Source: a bacterium (GTDB lineage: Bacteria > UBA8248). From it: a stretch of 64,000 nt of DNA. The position numbers and the translations under genes are program-made. Shown piece by piece: positions 32,666 through 42,947 of this stretch. Location: contig CBDATS010000004.1 of the NCBI GenBank assembly GCA_965200245.1, forward strand, positions 128,001-192,000. Reading direction: 5' to 3'. The notes beneath the pieces are model-generated. The model was not told the origin of the DNA. It did no database searches and saw nothing but the letters and a program-made list of their open reading frames with translations. How positions within the stretch are numbered: position 1 is the stretch's first letter; each line of letters opens with the position of its first letter.

Positions 32666-34516
32666 ATGTCGTATCATCTACGCCTGCTCGGCGTTTTCGT
32701 TCTCGTGCTCACCTTGGGATTTGCTGGAAACGCCCGGGCGCAGAGTTTCAGCGACGTCGTTGTGTTCGGCGACAGCCTGAGCGATTCGGGTAACGCAGCC
32801 GCCGCTTTGGGTCTTCCGCTTCCCCCAGGCACCAGTTTCACGACGAATTTTGACCCCGTGTGGGCCGAAATAGTCGCGGATGCCTTCGGCGCATCGGGGC
32901 GACATTCGATCGCGGGCGGGCCAAACTACGCGTTCAGCGGAGCGTGCATGAACCCGGCGACGCCTTGCGATGTCCCAGACGCGCCAACAGTGACGGAGCA
33001 GATTGGACAACATCTTCACATGCGGGGCGGAACCCTCGACCCGAACGCACTCCATACCATCTGGGGCGGGCTGAACGACATCGCCGATTCCGCACTCAGC
33101 AATCCGGCCACTGCGCTCGGCCACGTTCTCGCGGCAGCGGAAGTGAACGCCGCGCAGTTGGGCCGCCTGCGTGGGGCGGGCGCCCGCTACATCATGGTGT
33201 TCAACATGCCGGACGCAAGCGTGGCACCATTCGCCGTCGCGCAGGGTTCCGCCAGTCAAGCGGGGCTGAGGGCGCTGATCGGCCAATACAACCAGAAGCT
33301 CTACGCAGGCATTCGCGAGAATGAGCAGGGCATCGTCCCTATCAACATGAGTGCCATGCTGGGCGCACTCGCGGCAAACCCCGAAAGATACGGCCTCACC
33401 AATACAACGGGAACAGCCTGTGGGCAGCCGAACGCGGACAGCGCACTCTCCATCCAATGCGGACCTGCGGGTTCTCCTTTTCCTGTAACGTATGCGCCCG
33501 GTACAAACAAGACGTATCTGTTCGCCGACCGCAGCCACCCAACCGGCGTTATCCACGAGGTGCTCGCGAGCATGGTCACCTCCACACTCGCGGCTCCGTT
33601 GCAGGTCTCGCTCGCGGGCGAGGCGGGCGTCGAAGCAGTGTCCGCACACCACGGCGTTATCTCGGCGGAGCGGGCTTCTGATTTCGCCCAGCCCGTCGGG
33701 AGTTGGCGCGGCTACGCGCAGGGCCGCTTCGGCGGAAGTGATACGGGTGCCCTGCCGCGTCTCGGGGAGGCTGAATCCGACATGACATCGGTCACCCTCG
33801 GCGTGGGCCACCGTGCCGGACCGGACCTCTCCTGGGGCGCCGCACTGAGCATCGCCCGCCATGAGAACGAAATCACGGGTGCGACCCTGGATGGAGATGC
33901 GGCGCTCGTTTCGCTGCACGGCGCTTGGCAGAGAGACAGCCTCCAGGTGAGTGTCGCCCTCACCATGGGACAGACCTCGGTTGACCTGGAACGCTCGATA
34001 ACACTTGCGGCGCTCGATCACTCCGAGCGTGGTTCCACCGAAGCAGCCCAGTTCGGGGGGGCACTCGAACTGGCGTATATGTTCAACACCTCCGAGACCC
34101 TGCGCCATGGGCCGTTTTTCGGCTTCTCGCTTCTTAATCAGGAGGTCGAGGGTTTTCAGGAGAACGGGGATTCCTCGACCGCGTTGAATTATTCGGACTT
34201 CTCACGCAACTCTCTCGTCATGCGTGGCGGTTATCACTTCGGCTGGAGCATCGGCGGGCTTCGCCCATACGCGCGCATCGCCTACGAGCGTGAACTCGAG
34301 GACGACCCCATCATGGTCTCGGCGGGTTCGAACACCATGCCAGGACGCTTCACACTATCCGGCTCCACTCCCTCGGCCAGCACCGTGAGCGCAGACCTCG
34401 GCGTGAGCGCGAAACTCGGTGAGCGCGCAAGCGGCCTCGTGGGCTACACAGGCCACTTCGGTGACGGATCGCGCCACAGCCACCGTTTCTCGCTTGCCCT
34501 GCAGGTCATCTTCTGA
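32666..34516 (+). CDS. EstA-type autotransporter (GDSL/SGNH esterase passenger plus beta-barrel)
   Basis: Signal peptide, FGDSLSDSG, NYAFSGA, GGLND, ADRSHPT, barrel ending in F. Confidence 0.9.
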   Translation: MSYHLRLLGVFVLVLTLGFAGNARAQSFSDVVVFGDSLSDSGNAAAALGLPLPPGTSFTTNFDPVWAEIVADAFGASGRHSIAGGPNYAFSGACMNPATPCDVPDAPTVTEQIGQHLHMRGGTLDPNALHTIWGGLNDIADSALSNPATALGHVLAAAEVNAAQLGRLRGAGARYIMVFNMPDASVAPFAVAQGSASQAGLRALIGQYNQKLYAGIRENEQGIVPINMSAMLGALAANPERYGLTNTTGTACGQPNADSALSIQCGPAGSPFPVTYAPGTNKTYLFADRSHPTGVIHEVLASMVTSTLAAPLQVSLAGEAGVEAVSAHHGVISAERASDFAQPVGSWRGYAQGRFGGSDTGALPRLGEAESDMTSVTLGVGHRAGPDLSWGAALSIARHENEITGATLDGDAALVSLHGAWQRDSLQVSVALTMGQTSVDLERSITLAALDHSERGSTEAAQFGGALELAYMFNTSETLRHGPFFGFSLLNQEVEGFQENGDSSTALNYSDFSRNSLVMRGGYHFGWSIGGLRPYARIAYERELEDDPIMVSAGSNTMPGRFTLSGSTPSASTVSADLGVSAKLGERASGLVGYTGHFGDGSRHSHRFSLALQVIF

Positions 34517-34668
34517 CCGCGACGGGGGAGATACTGTAAGCAGGAAATGCACGCACCAAGGAGAATGACCTTTGAGGAATGAAATATTTCAGGAATAAAT
34601 TTCGGATTCAGTTGATACCCATGGAGTTTTACGGTTTCATCGCCCAAAGCGGGGCTTCAGATGGAATA

Positions 34669-35715
34669 TTACCCGAAAATGGCCTCGATGAATGCATCGG
34701 CGTCAAAATCCATGAGATCCTCTACCGACTCACCCACGCCGACGTACCTTATCGGTATACCACTCTCATAAGTGGCTCCCAGTGCTACGCCGCCTTTCGC
34801 CGTTCCGTCGAGCTTGGTGAGTACCAAACCCGTCACGCCGAGCGTCGAGCCGAATTCACGAACCTGTGAGAGGACATTCTGCCCGGACGTCGCATCCAAT
34901 ACGAGCAAGACCTCATGGGGTGCCGAATCAATAAGGCGTTGCGTCACGCGCCTCAGCTTCTTCAATTCCTCCATGAGGTTGTGTTTCGTATGCAGGCGCC
35001 CTGCCGTATCCACGAGTAAAACATCGGCCTTGCGCGCCCTCGCCGCCTGAACAGCGTCATACACCACGGCAGATGAATCTGCTCCCTCCTGATGGCGAAT
35101 GATCTCACTTCCGCTTCGCTCGGCCCATATCTCCAACTGCTCACCGGCCGCTGCTCGAAAAGTATCCCCCGCCGCGAGCATGACCTGATGATTTTCGGCT
35201 GAGTATCGAGAGGCGAGTTTGCCCGCCGTCGTCGTCTTGCCCACGCCATTGACACCTACCAACAAGATAATTCTGGGATCTCCTGCAGAAGGCTCCTGCG
35301 GCGTGAACTCAGGCCGACATTGAGGATTTTCAAAGCATGATCGCATGATTTCCTTGACGCGTGCCTGTGCATCTGATCCTGCACCATCCCCTGATTTGAG
35401 TTTCTTCAGCAGAGATTCCACCAAAGGAGGACCCAGATCCGCCATATAGAGGACTTCTTCCAACTCCTCAAGCATATCTTCATCGATTCTTCCCGCAACC
35501 AAACCCTTCACCTGGGCGAGAACTCCCGCTCTCGTCTTCGAAAGACCAGCGCGCAACCTGCCGAACCAACCTTTTGCGCCGCTACTCTCCTTCAGGTTAC
35601 CCTCTTTTTCAAAACCGGACATCACAGGTAGTTCCTCGACGCAAGCCCAAACGAAGTTCAACCCCGGCGACAGCGCGCCGGGGCCATCTTCCAGCAAAAC
35701 CTCGCTCAAAAACAA
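34669..35715 (-). CDS. ftsY: SRP receptor FtsY
   Basis: GVNGVGKTTT, DTFRAAA, DTAGR, TKLDGTAKGG; start uncertain (35715 or 35622). Confidence 0.95.
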   Translation of the reverse strand: MFLSEVLLEDGPGALSPGLNFVWACVEELPVMSGFEKEGNLKESSGAKGWFGRLRAGLSKTRAGVLAQVKGLVAGRIDEDMLEELEEVLYMADLGPPLVESLLKKLKSGDGAGSDAQARVKEIMRSCFENPQCRPEFTPQEPSAGDPRIILLVGVNGVGKTTTAGKLASRYSAENHQVMLAAGDTFRAAAGEQLEIWAERSGSEIIRHQEGADSSAVVYDAVQAARARKADVLLVDTAGRLHTKHNLMEELKKLRRVTQRLIDSAPHEVLLVLDATSGQNVLSQVREFGSTLGVTGLVLTKLDGTAKGGVALGATYESGIPIRYVGVGESVEDLMDFDADAFIEAIFG

Positions 35716-35730
35716 GTGCGACGTCAGGCG

Positions 35731-38700
35731 CTAAACTCGCGCTACTTCTCCAACGCCATTTACCTTCGCCTCCTCGTGGTTCAGCTTCACGGAAACGACT
35801 TCTGAAACGCCTTTTTCCCTCTGTGTCACGCCGTAGAGTTGGTTCGCGTACGACATGGTCTTTTTGTTATGGGTGATGATGATAAACTGGCTCCGATCTT
35901 CAAGTTCGGACAGTACTTCGCGAAAACGCTCGACATTGGCGTCGTCCAGGGTGGCATCGACCTCATCGAGGATACAAAACGGACTCGGCCGAACGCTGAA
36001 GACCGCGAACAACAGCGAAATAGCGGTGAGCGCCTTCTCACCGGCGGACAGCAACATGATGTTCGAAGGACGCTTGCCGGGCGGCTTCACCTCTATGTCG
36101 ACGCCTGTCTCCAGGGGGTCATCGGGGTCGAGCAGAAACATTCGCGCCTCGCCTCCCTGGAACAGGCGGCCAAAAATGTCCGTGAAAGCGCTGCGCACCT
36201 CCTCGAATGCCGCCAGGAAACGGGATTTCGTTGTCTTGTTCAGCCTCTCGATGGTAGTGCGGAGATCGGCGATGGAGCTCTCCAAATCTTCCTGCTGTTT
36301 CTGTAAAAACACGTATTCCTGATTGATCTCGTCGTATTCCTGCGCAGCCAAGGGGTTCACTTCTCCCATCCGCGAAAGCCTTTGATTGAGCATTTCCAGG
36401 CGATTCTCGATTTCCTGATAGCGGGGAAGTTCTTCTCTCTGGTTTTCGGCGGTTTCCTCAAGGTTGACCTGATGTTCCGTCTCGGCGGTTTCCAATATGG
36501 CCTCGCGTTTCACGCTAAGCGTCGTCCGTCGCTCCGCCGCCTCGCTTACCTCGACGCTCAGGCGTGAGGTCTTCTCCCTTACGTCGCGAATCGTTTCGCC
36601 CAAGCGCTCATTGTGTGATTGCGCTTCTCCCAAAATGCGCTCACGCTCGGCCCGTTCGATTTTCACTTCGGCTTCCTTCTCCTGAAGAGTCCGTATTTCC
36701 TCTGTACTTTGTGCGAGCCTCTCCAGAAAGTGTTTTCTCTTATCGCCGGATTCGTCCTGGTCCTCTTCTTTACGAATTTTGCGGGCCGTATTCTGGGATA
36801 TCGCATGCTCCAGCCGTTGAACCTCAGCACGACCACCAGCCAGTCTCCCGTCGATTTCCGTCAACGCAACTTTTTTATCCGTGACGCGCGCCTCCACTTC
36901 CGTATGCTGCCGGCCGGCATCACCGACCTTTTTCTCAAACTCCTTCAGACTCGTGTTGAGTTCAAAAATGGCTTCTTCCGCGCAAAGGCTTTCGTCCCGC
37001 GCCGATTGAAGCACATCTACGAGACGTATCTGCTCCGCGCGTACCTTCTCCAACTCGGTTTCAAGCACAGCCAGTCTCTTTTTCAATTCCTCGCGTTTGG
37101 CTTCCGCTGAACGAAGAACCCCCTCGGCCTCCACGCGCATTACCTCGGCACGCTGATACGCCTCGGTTGCATTACGGTTCCTTTGCCCTACTTCGGATAA
37201 CTGCTCGCTCAATTTTTGATAAATCAACTCTGATTCATGAAGCTGCCCCTGGAAATGCGCAACCTTCATGCGCATCTCCTCACACCTTCTCGAGCGCTCC
37301 AGATAACCTTCGTTCCGGGTCAGTCCACCTTCCACAACTCCATTCGCGTGAATGATTTCGCCGTTCAAAGTGACACAAACAATACCCTGCGGACCATTGC
37401 ACCATGCCGCCTGCGCGGCATCGACATCCTCCACCACCACAACGTCGCCGAGCAACGATTGAACGAGGGGTCGGTAATCCGCATGGCAATGGACCAAGTC
37501 TGCCGCAATCCCCAAAACACCGTTACTCAAGGGGACGACGGCGCCCGGTTGATCACTGACTTCTATCGGCAAGGCTACACCCCGGGACGCTTCTGAATCC
37601 ATGAGCACCCGAACTGCATTCACCGCATCGCCGGGAGTTTTTACGACCACGCCCAGCAGTTTATCTCCAAGAGCCGTTTCGACGGCTTTTTCAAACTTCG
37701 GATCGACACGAATGACTTCCGGGAAGGACGCCAGTACCTGAGCACCGCAAGACCTGAACACTTCCGCATCCGCTACTCCGGTCTCATCAGAGCCCAACAC
37801 ACCTTCCAGGGCCGAGAGGGCGGACTTTGCCTCCATCAAAGATTCTTTCACGCTTGCCATGGACTCTTCATGGCTCGTCAACAACCCGGACGTTTGTGCA
37901 CGCTCAGTTCTCACTCGTTCAAGCTCTTGTTTCGCACGGTGCTCAGAAGCAACGAGCGATTCCAACCGGTTTTTCGCATCACCTGCGTCGATTTGAGTCG
38001 ATTCGAGTCGACGCTTGATATCTGTGCTCTCATTGCCAATCCTATCCGTGGACTCGACCAGCCCTTCACGCTTCGCTTCAATTGAGGCGATACGCTGGCG
38101 CGCCTCGCTTAAACGTTCTCTTTCTTTTTCTTGAGCGCGCCTCGCTTCATCAAGCGACCGCTCGAATTCCCTTACACTCTCCCTGACAGCGGCCAGTTCC
38201 GCCGTACTGGCATCATATTCCTGGCGTGCAACGCACGATTGGTCGGCAAGCATATCGAGGTTTGAAACAAGCTCGATTTTTTCGTTTTCAAATGTCGTGA
38301 TCTCTCCGGCGAGGGCCTGGATTTCTTCCGCGCGCCGTTCATTTTCTCCATCGAGTTCCGCGAGACGGTTTCTGAACATCTCGACCTGGTTTTCCTGCTT
38401 CATGAGGTGCCCACTCAACTCTATCGCCTGGTTGCGGGATTCCCCCAATGCTTCCGATCGTTCCGTGATTTGAATTCGCCCCTTTTCTTGATCTGCCTCA
38501 AGAGAAGACAACTTCGCTGACAGTGCCTGTTCTTCTTCCTTGAGACGCTCATGAGCTTTTTCAGCGGGAACAAGCTCATCCACGAGTTTCAGGTAGTCGA
38601 GCGCCAACATTCTGGCGGAAAGATCGGCAATTTCGGTTTTATACTCCTTGTGAAACGTCGCTTTTCTTGCCTGACGGCGCAAGGAACGCAAACGGGTCTC

Positions 38701-39336
38701 TTTCTCGCGCATGATGTCGGCCAAACGAAGCAGATTCGCCTGAGCAAGCTCAAGCTTGCGCAATGCTTCGTTCCGTCTGCTCTTGTATTTCATGATGCCA
38801 GCGGCTTCTTCGATCAGAATTCGTCTTTCCATAGGTCTCGCATTTACGAGGGACTCTATCTTGCCTTGCTCCACAATGGAGAAGGTATCGAGGGAAACGC
38901 CGGTATCCAGAAACAAATCGACAATGTCTTTGAGACGGCATGGATTGCGATTGATGAGATATTCACTTTCCCCGGATCGATACAGGCGACGTGTAACAAC
39001 CACCTCGTCGAAATCCTTGTATGCGGGGGAAGTCACGACACCCTTGAGATCGGCTATCGTAAGAGAGACCTCGGACATGCCGAGTTGTTTGCGCTCGGCG
39101 CTCCCATTGAAGATGACGTCCTCCATCTTTCTGGAGCGCATGTTTTTGGGAGCCTGCTCACCCAGAACCCACCGCACGGCATCGCAAACGTTGCTTTTGC
39201 CACACCCGTTGGGTCCGACCACAGCTGTAAGTCCTCCTCCAATTTCAATCACGGTTTTTTCGACGAAGGACTTGAAACCCTGCATCTCCAAGCGTTGGAA
39301 TCGCAATTCAACACCTCGGCGGGCGGATGAATTCAT
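35731..39336 (-). CDS. smc: Chromosome segregation protein SMC
   Basis: GFKSF, GPNGCGKSN, coiled coils, hinge, LSAGEK, LDEVD, ITH. Confidence 0.97.
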   Translation of the reverse strand: MNSSARRGVELRFQRLEMQGFKSFVEKTVIEIGGGLTAVVGPNGCGKSNVCDAVRWVLGEQAPKNMRSRKMEDVIFNGSAERKQLGMSEVSLTIADLKGVVTSPAYKDFDEVVVTRRLYRSGESEYLINRNPCRLKDIVDLFLDTGVSLDTFSIVEQGKIESLVNARPMERRILIEEAAGIMKYKSRRNEALRKLELAQANLLRLADIMREKETRLRSLRRQARKATFHKEYKTEIADLSARMLALDYLKLVDELVPAEKAHERLKEEEQALSAKLSSLEADQEKGRIQITERSEALGESRNQAIELSGHLMKQENQVEMFRNRLAELDGENERRAEEIQALAGEITTFENEKIELVSNLDMLADQSCVARQEYDASTAELAAVRESVREFERSLDEARRAQEKERERLSEARQRIASIEAKREGLVESTDRIGNESTDIKRRLESTQIDAGDAKNRLESLVASEHRAKQELERVRTERAQTSGLLTSHEESMASVKESLMEAKSALSALEGVLGSDETGVADAEVFRSCGAQVLASFPEVIRVDPKFEKAVETALGDKLLGVVVKTPGDAVNAVRVLMDSEASRGVALPIEVSDQPGAVVPLSNGVLGIAADLVHCHADYRPLVQSLLGDVVVVEDVDAAQAAWCNGPQGIVCVTLNGEIIHANGVVEGGLTRNEGYLERSRRCEEMRMKVAHFQGQLHESELIYQKLSEQLSEVGQRNRNATEAYQRAEVMRVEAEGVLRSAEAKREELKKRLAVLETELEKVRAEQIRLVDVLQSARDESLCAEEAIFELNTSLKEFEKKVGDAGRQHTEVEARVTDKKVALTEIDGRLAGGRAEVQRLEHAISQNTARKIRKEEDQDESGDKRKHFLERLAQSTEEIRTLQEKEAEVKIERAERERILGEAQSHNERLGETIRDVREKTSRLSVEVSEAAERRTTLSVKREAILETAETEHQVNLEETAENQREELPRYQEIENRLEMLNQRLSRMGEVNPLAAQEYDEINQEYVFLQKQQEDLESSIADLRTTIERLNKTTKSRFLAAFEEVRSAFTDIFGRLFQGGEARMFLLDPDDPLETGVDIEVKPPGKRPSNIMLLSAGEKALTAISLLFAVFSVRPSPFCILDEVDATLDDANVERFREVLSELEDRSQFIIITHNKKTMSYANQLYGVTQREKGVSEVVSVKLNHEEAKVNGVGEVARV

Positions 39337-39442
39337 TTTCAGGGGGCGGTATAAGACGCTACCAAGGCGGCAGGACCCAATGGCTTACCAGAATTCCGCA
39401 GCATCCGCAAAACAAAAAACCGTATTTTGGAACTGTGGGCCG

Positions 39443-40153
39443 CTATGCTTCCTCTATCCTGTCGACGGCTTGTTTCGCAGCCACCTGCTCTGCCGCTTTC
39501 TTGGTCGTTCCCTGCCCACGTCCCATTACCTTGTGACCGAGGCGAACCTCGACCTCGAATTCCTTTTCGTGTTCGGGACCACTTTCCCGAACCAGACGAT
39601 AACCAGGCAGCCTGTTCCCGTTTTTTTGAGCCAACTGCTGTAGCCGGCTTTTGAAATCCTGTGAAAGGATGCCCTCTTCATTCAGTCCCTCGGCCCAGAA
39701 CCACGATTCCGCCCATTGCATGCAACGGGCGTAACCAGCATCAAGATATATGGCTCCCACCAGCGCTTCGACGACTCCTGCCTGGATGGAGGGTTTCTGT
39801 CGCCCTCCCGTCTTCTCTTCCCCCTTTCCCAGCCTGAGGAATGCTCCCAGGTCACGACGACTAAAAATACCCGCCAAAGAACGGCCGTTCACACGTTCGG
39901 AACGCATATGGGTCAAAACACCTTCATCTTCTGTAGGGAAATGTTTCCAAAGCTTTTCTGTCACGATGAGTTGCAATACGGCATCCCCCAGAAATTCCAG
40001 GCGTTCGTTATCTAAAGTGGGAGTTGAACTTTCCTGAGCGAAAGAGCGGTGCGTCAGGGCCTGAACGAGGAGTTCCTTGTTTGAAAACGAATAGCCGAGC
40101 TGGGTTTCGATTTCCGCCAAGGTGAATCCTCTTGCTTCCGAAACGAAGAGCAT
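39443..40153 (-). CDS. rnc: Ribonuclease III
   Basis: ALTHRS, NERLEFLGDAVL, EALVGAIYLD, dsRBD; start uncertain. Confidence 0.95.
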   Translation of the reverse strand: MLFVSEARGFTLAEIETQLGYSFSNKELLVQALTHRSFAQESSTPTLDNERLEFLGDAVLQLIVTEKLWKHFPTEDEGVLTHMRSERVNGRSLAGIFSRRDLGAFLRLGKGEEKTGGRQKPSIQAGVVEALVGAIYLDAGYARCMQWAESWFWAEGLNEEGILSQDFKSRLQQLAQKNGNRLPGYRLVRESGPEHEKEFEVEVRLGHKVMGRGQGTTKKAAEQVAAKQAVDRIEEA

Positions 40154-40184
40154 GCTGTTTATGTCGTTGGCGGAACCTCTTGCC

Positions 40185-41462
40185 TTAAGCTGCGTTGCTT
40201 TCCGCTCTCTTGAACAGGAGCGACGCATTGGTTCCCCCGAACCCAAATGAGTTTGTGATGGCACAACCGATATCCGCTTCCCGGGCAGTATTGGGGACAT
40301 AGTCGAGATCGCATTCCGGGTCTGGGGTATCCAGGTTGACCGTAGGTGGAATGCGCTGGTCCTTGAGCGCCAAGATAGTGTAAACCGTCTCCACTCCTCC
40401 CGCCGCGCCCAGAAGATGCCCGGTCATGGATTTTGTGGAACTTACACCGAGTTTGTAGGCATGTTCACCAAATGTTTTTTTAATGGCTGTCGTCTCGAGT
40501 TTATCTCCCGCGCCGGTGGATGTGCCGTGCGCGTTGATATAATCCACATCCTCAGGTTCGAGTTCCGCATCATCTAACGCCATGCTCATGCAGCGGGCTG
40601 CTCCCTCTCCACCCGGGTCGGGGGAAGTGATGTGGTGCGCGTCTGAAGTGAGTCCGTAGCCGCTGAGTTCGGCATAAATTTCCGCACCCCGCGCAACGGC
40701 ACGCTCATAACGTTCCAGGACCAGGACGCCCGCTCCCTCCGCCATTACGAACCCGTCCCTGTCCGCATCGAAAGGCCGACTCGCCCCCTCGGGGTCATCG
40801 TTGCGGGTGCTTAGTGCCCGCATCGCGCAAAACCCTGCCATGCCCAGTTCCGTGATGCAGGCCTCGCTCCCACCGGCCACCATGACATCAACCAAACCGC
40901 GTTGAATGCACTTCATCGCGTCACCGATGGCGTGGCTGCCAGATGCACATGCCGTAGTGGTGCAAATATTCGGTCCCCTCAATCCCCAGCGCATCGATAC
41001 CTGGCCTGCGGCCATATTGCCCACCAACATGGGAATGAAGAAAGGACTGATACGGTTCGGTCCCCTGTCCAGCAACAACTTCATGTTCTCCTCGATCGCC
41101 GGCAAACCGCCCAAACCAACGCCGATGATGGCTCCGTATCGCGGCGCCTCATCCACGTCCGGAGCACTGAGGCCCGCATCATCGAAAGCCATCTGAGTAG
41201 CCGCAATGACATACTGGATGAAGGTGTCCATTTTCTTGAGTTCTTTGCGGGGCAAGTAGTTTTCAGGCTCGAACCCCTTGACTTCTCCGGCGATTCGAGA
41301 CGTCAACCGATCCGGACAAAACCTGGACACCTTGCCGATGCCCGAGCGGCCCTGTATCAGGGCTTCCCAGTTTCCCTCCACTGTCAAGCCCAGCGGCGTA
41401 ATCAACCCGAGCCCAGTCACGGCGACCCGAACATCCGATTTCACGAAATCCAGATTATCCAT
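40185..41462 (-). CDS. fabF: 3-oxoacyl-ACP synthase II
   Basis: TACASG, NAHGTST, GHLLGAAG, NSFGFGG. Confidence 0.97.
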   Translation of the reverse strand: MDNLDFVKSDVRVAVTGLGLITPLGLTVEGNWEALIQGRSGIGKVSRFCPDRLTSRIAGEVKGFEPENYLPRKELKKMDTFIQYVIAATQMAFDDAGLSAPDVDEAPRYGAIIGVGLGGLPAIEENMKLLLDRGPNRISPFFIPMLVGNMAAGQVSMRWGLRGPNICTTTACASGSHAIGDAMKCIQRGLVDVMVAGGSEACITELGMAGFCAMRALSTRNDDPEGASRPFDADRDGFVMAEGAGVLVLERYERAVARGAEIYAELSGYGLTSDAHHITSPDPGGEGAARCMSMALDDAELEPEDVDYINAHGTSTGAGDKLETTAIKKTFGEHAYKLGVSSTKSMTGHLLGAAGGVETVYTILALKDQRIPPTVNLDTPDPECDLDYVPNTAREADIGCAITNSFGFGGTNASLLFKRAESNAA

Positions 41463-41496
41463 GCTTCCTCTTCGATTTGCAGATCAACGGGGTTTT

Positions 41497-41739
41497 CTAA
41501 TCTCCAAGCACCTTGCCGATATAGTCATACGCATCCTGCAACTTGGAGATCTTCTCCGCTTCCTCATCAGGTATTTCGATTCCGAATTTTTCCTCGAACG
41601 CCATGACAAGTTCTACAGTATCCAGCGAATCCGCACCCAGATCATCGGTAAATGAAGCTTCAGGTACTACTTTCTCAGGCTCCACACTCAACTGCTCAAC
41701 TATGATCTCTTTGATTTGTGCTTTGATTTCTTCTGTCAC
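41497..41739 (-). CDS. acpP: Acyl carrier protein
   Basis: [27 protein letters not shown]; GTG start after GGAGG. Confidence 0.97.
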   Translation of the reverse strand: MTEEIKAQIKEIIVEQLSVEPEKVVPEASFTDDLGADSLDTVELVMAFEEKFGIEIPDEEAEKISKLQDAYDYIGKVLGD

Positions 41740-41899
41740 GCCGTTTCCTCCGAAAATCTTGCTGTCAAACCTATACAGGGATTTCTCTCGAAAAGATATT
41801 TGACCCAATATTCATCTACGCATCAGTGGAACTTTATCCAGAAACTCGAGTCCGTCTCCGCTCCCCATGCATACAGGCTTCGGGGAACATCATACCCAG

Positions 41900-42847
41900 T
41901 CATAAAGTTCGGGTGAACTCGCCCAAGGCTGAAACTGTTTTCTCCAGACTTTGTGTATCTTCCACATTATGTACCGGTATACTCTTCAGTATCCGCTTGT
42001 TCAATCCTGAAAGCACCTTTCCGGGGCCCAACTCGACCATTACGTCGGGCTTCTCCCTGCCAGCCTCGCGAACGGCATCTTCCCAACGTACGGCGGAGCG
42101 AATCTGCCGTTTGAGCAACTCCCTTACCTTGTTTCCCTCCTGAACGGGCTGAGCGGTCACGTTCGCATAGACCGGGACCGAAGTATCACCTATTTCCGCC
42201 CCGTCGAGAACTTCACTCATCCGCTCAGCCGCCTCACTCAACAAAGAACAGTGGAAGGGGGCCCCCACCGGAAGCATCACCGCCCTCCGCGCCCCTTTTT
42301 CCGTCGCCAGACGCGCGGCAGCTTCCACCGCGTCCTTATCTCCCGACAAGACATATTGGCCGGGGGCATTATAATTTGCAACCTCCACCACGCCTTCTAT
42401 TTCGTCGCAAAGGGCTTCGACAACTTCTTTTTCTATGCCGAGAAGGGCCGCCATGGCGCCACCTTTCTCGGGGACGACTTCGTGCATGAAGCGACCCCTT
42501 TGCTTTACCAATTCAACAGATGTCTCGAAATCGAATGCCCCGGCTGCAAGAAGAGCGGAGTATTCCCCCAAGCTGTGTCCCAGGGCGAAAGAAGCACTGA
42601 ACCCCTGCTCACACAACAGAGTACATGCGATATGACTATGAACCAGAATTGCGGGCTGGGTGTGGCAAGTGAGCGTCAACTCCGACTTGGGGCCATCAAA
42701 GCTCAGCCTGGCGAGGTCCCATCCCAGAATATCGCTCGCCTGTTCATAGGCTTCTCGGGCAAATGGATATTCGTCATAGAATTGTTTACCCATGCCAACA
42801 TATTGAGAACCCTGGCCAGGAAACAGAAACGCAATTTTCACACCCAT
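41900..42847 (-). CDS. fabD: Malonyl-CoA:ACP transacylase
   Basis: FPGQGSQ, TQPA, GHSLGEY, APFH. Confidence 0.96.
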   Translation of the reverse strand: MGVKIAFLFPGQGSQYVGMGKQFYDEYPFAREAYEQASDILGWDLARLSFDGPKSELTLTCHTQPAILVHSHIACTLLCEQGFSASFALGHSLGEYSALLAAGAFDFETSVELVKQRGRFMHEVVPEKGGAMAALLGIEKEVVEALCDEIEGVVEVANYNAPGQYVLSGDKDAVEAAARLATEKGARRAVMLPVGAPFHCSLLSEAAERMSEVLDGAEIGDTSVPVYANVTAQPVQEGNKVRELLKRQIRSAVRWEDAVREAGREKPDVMVELGPGKVLSGLNKRILKSIPVHNVEDTQSLEKTVSALGEFTRTL

Positions 42848-42947
42848 CGAACAACCCTTACCAGTGGCATGAACGGGGACGCTAATTAATTATAATTCAC
42901 GGATAGAACCAAGCGGGAGAAGAAGAACCTTTCCGGGTATTATCGCA

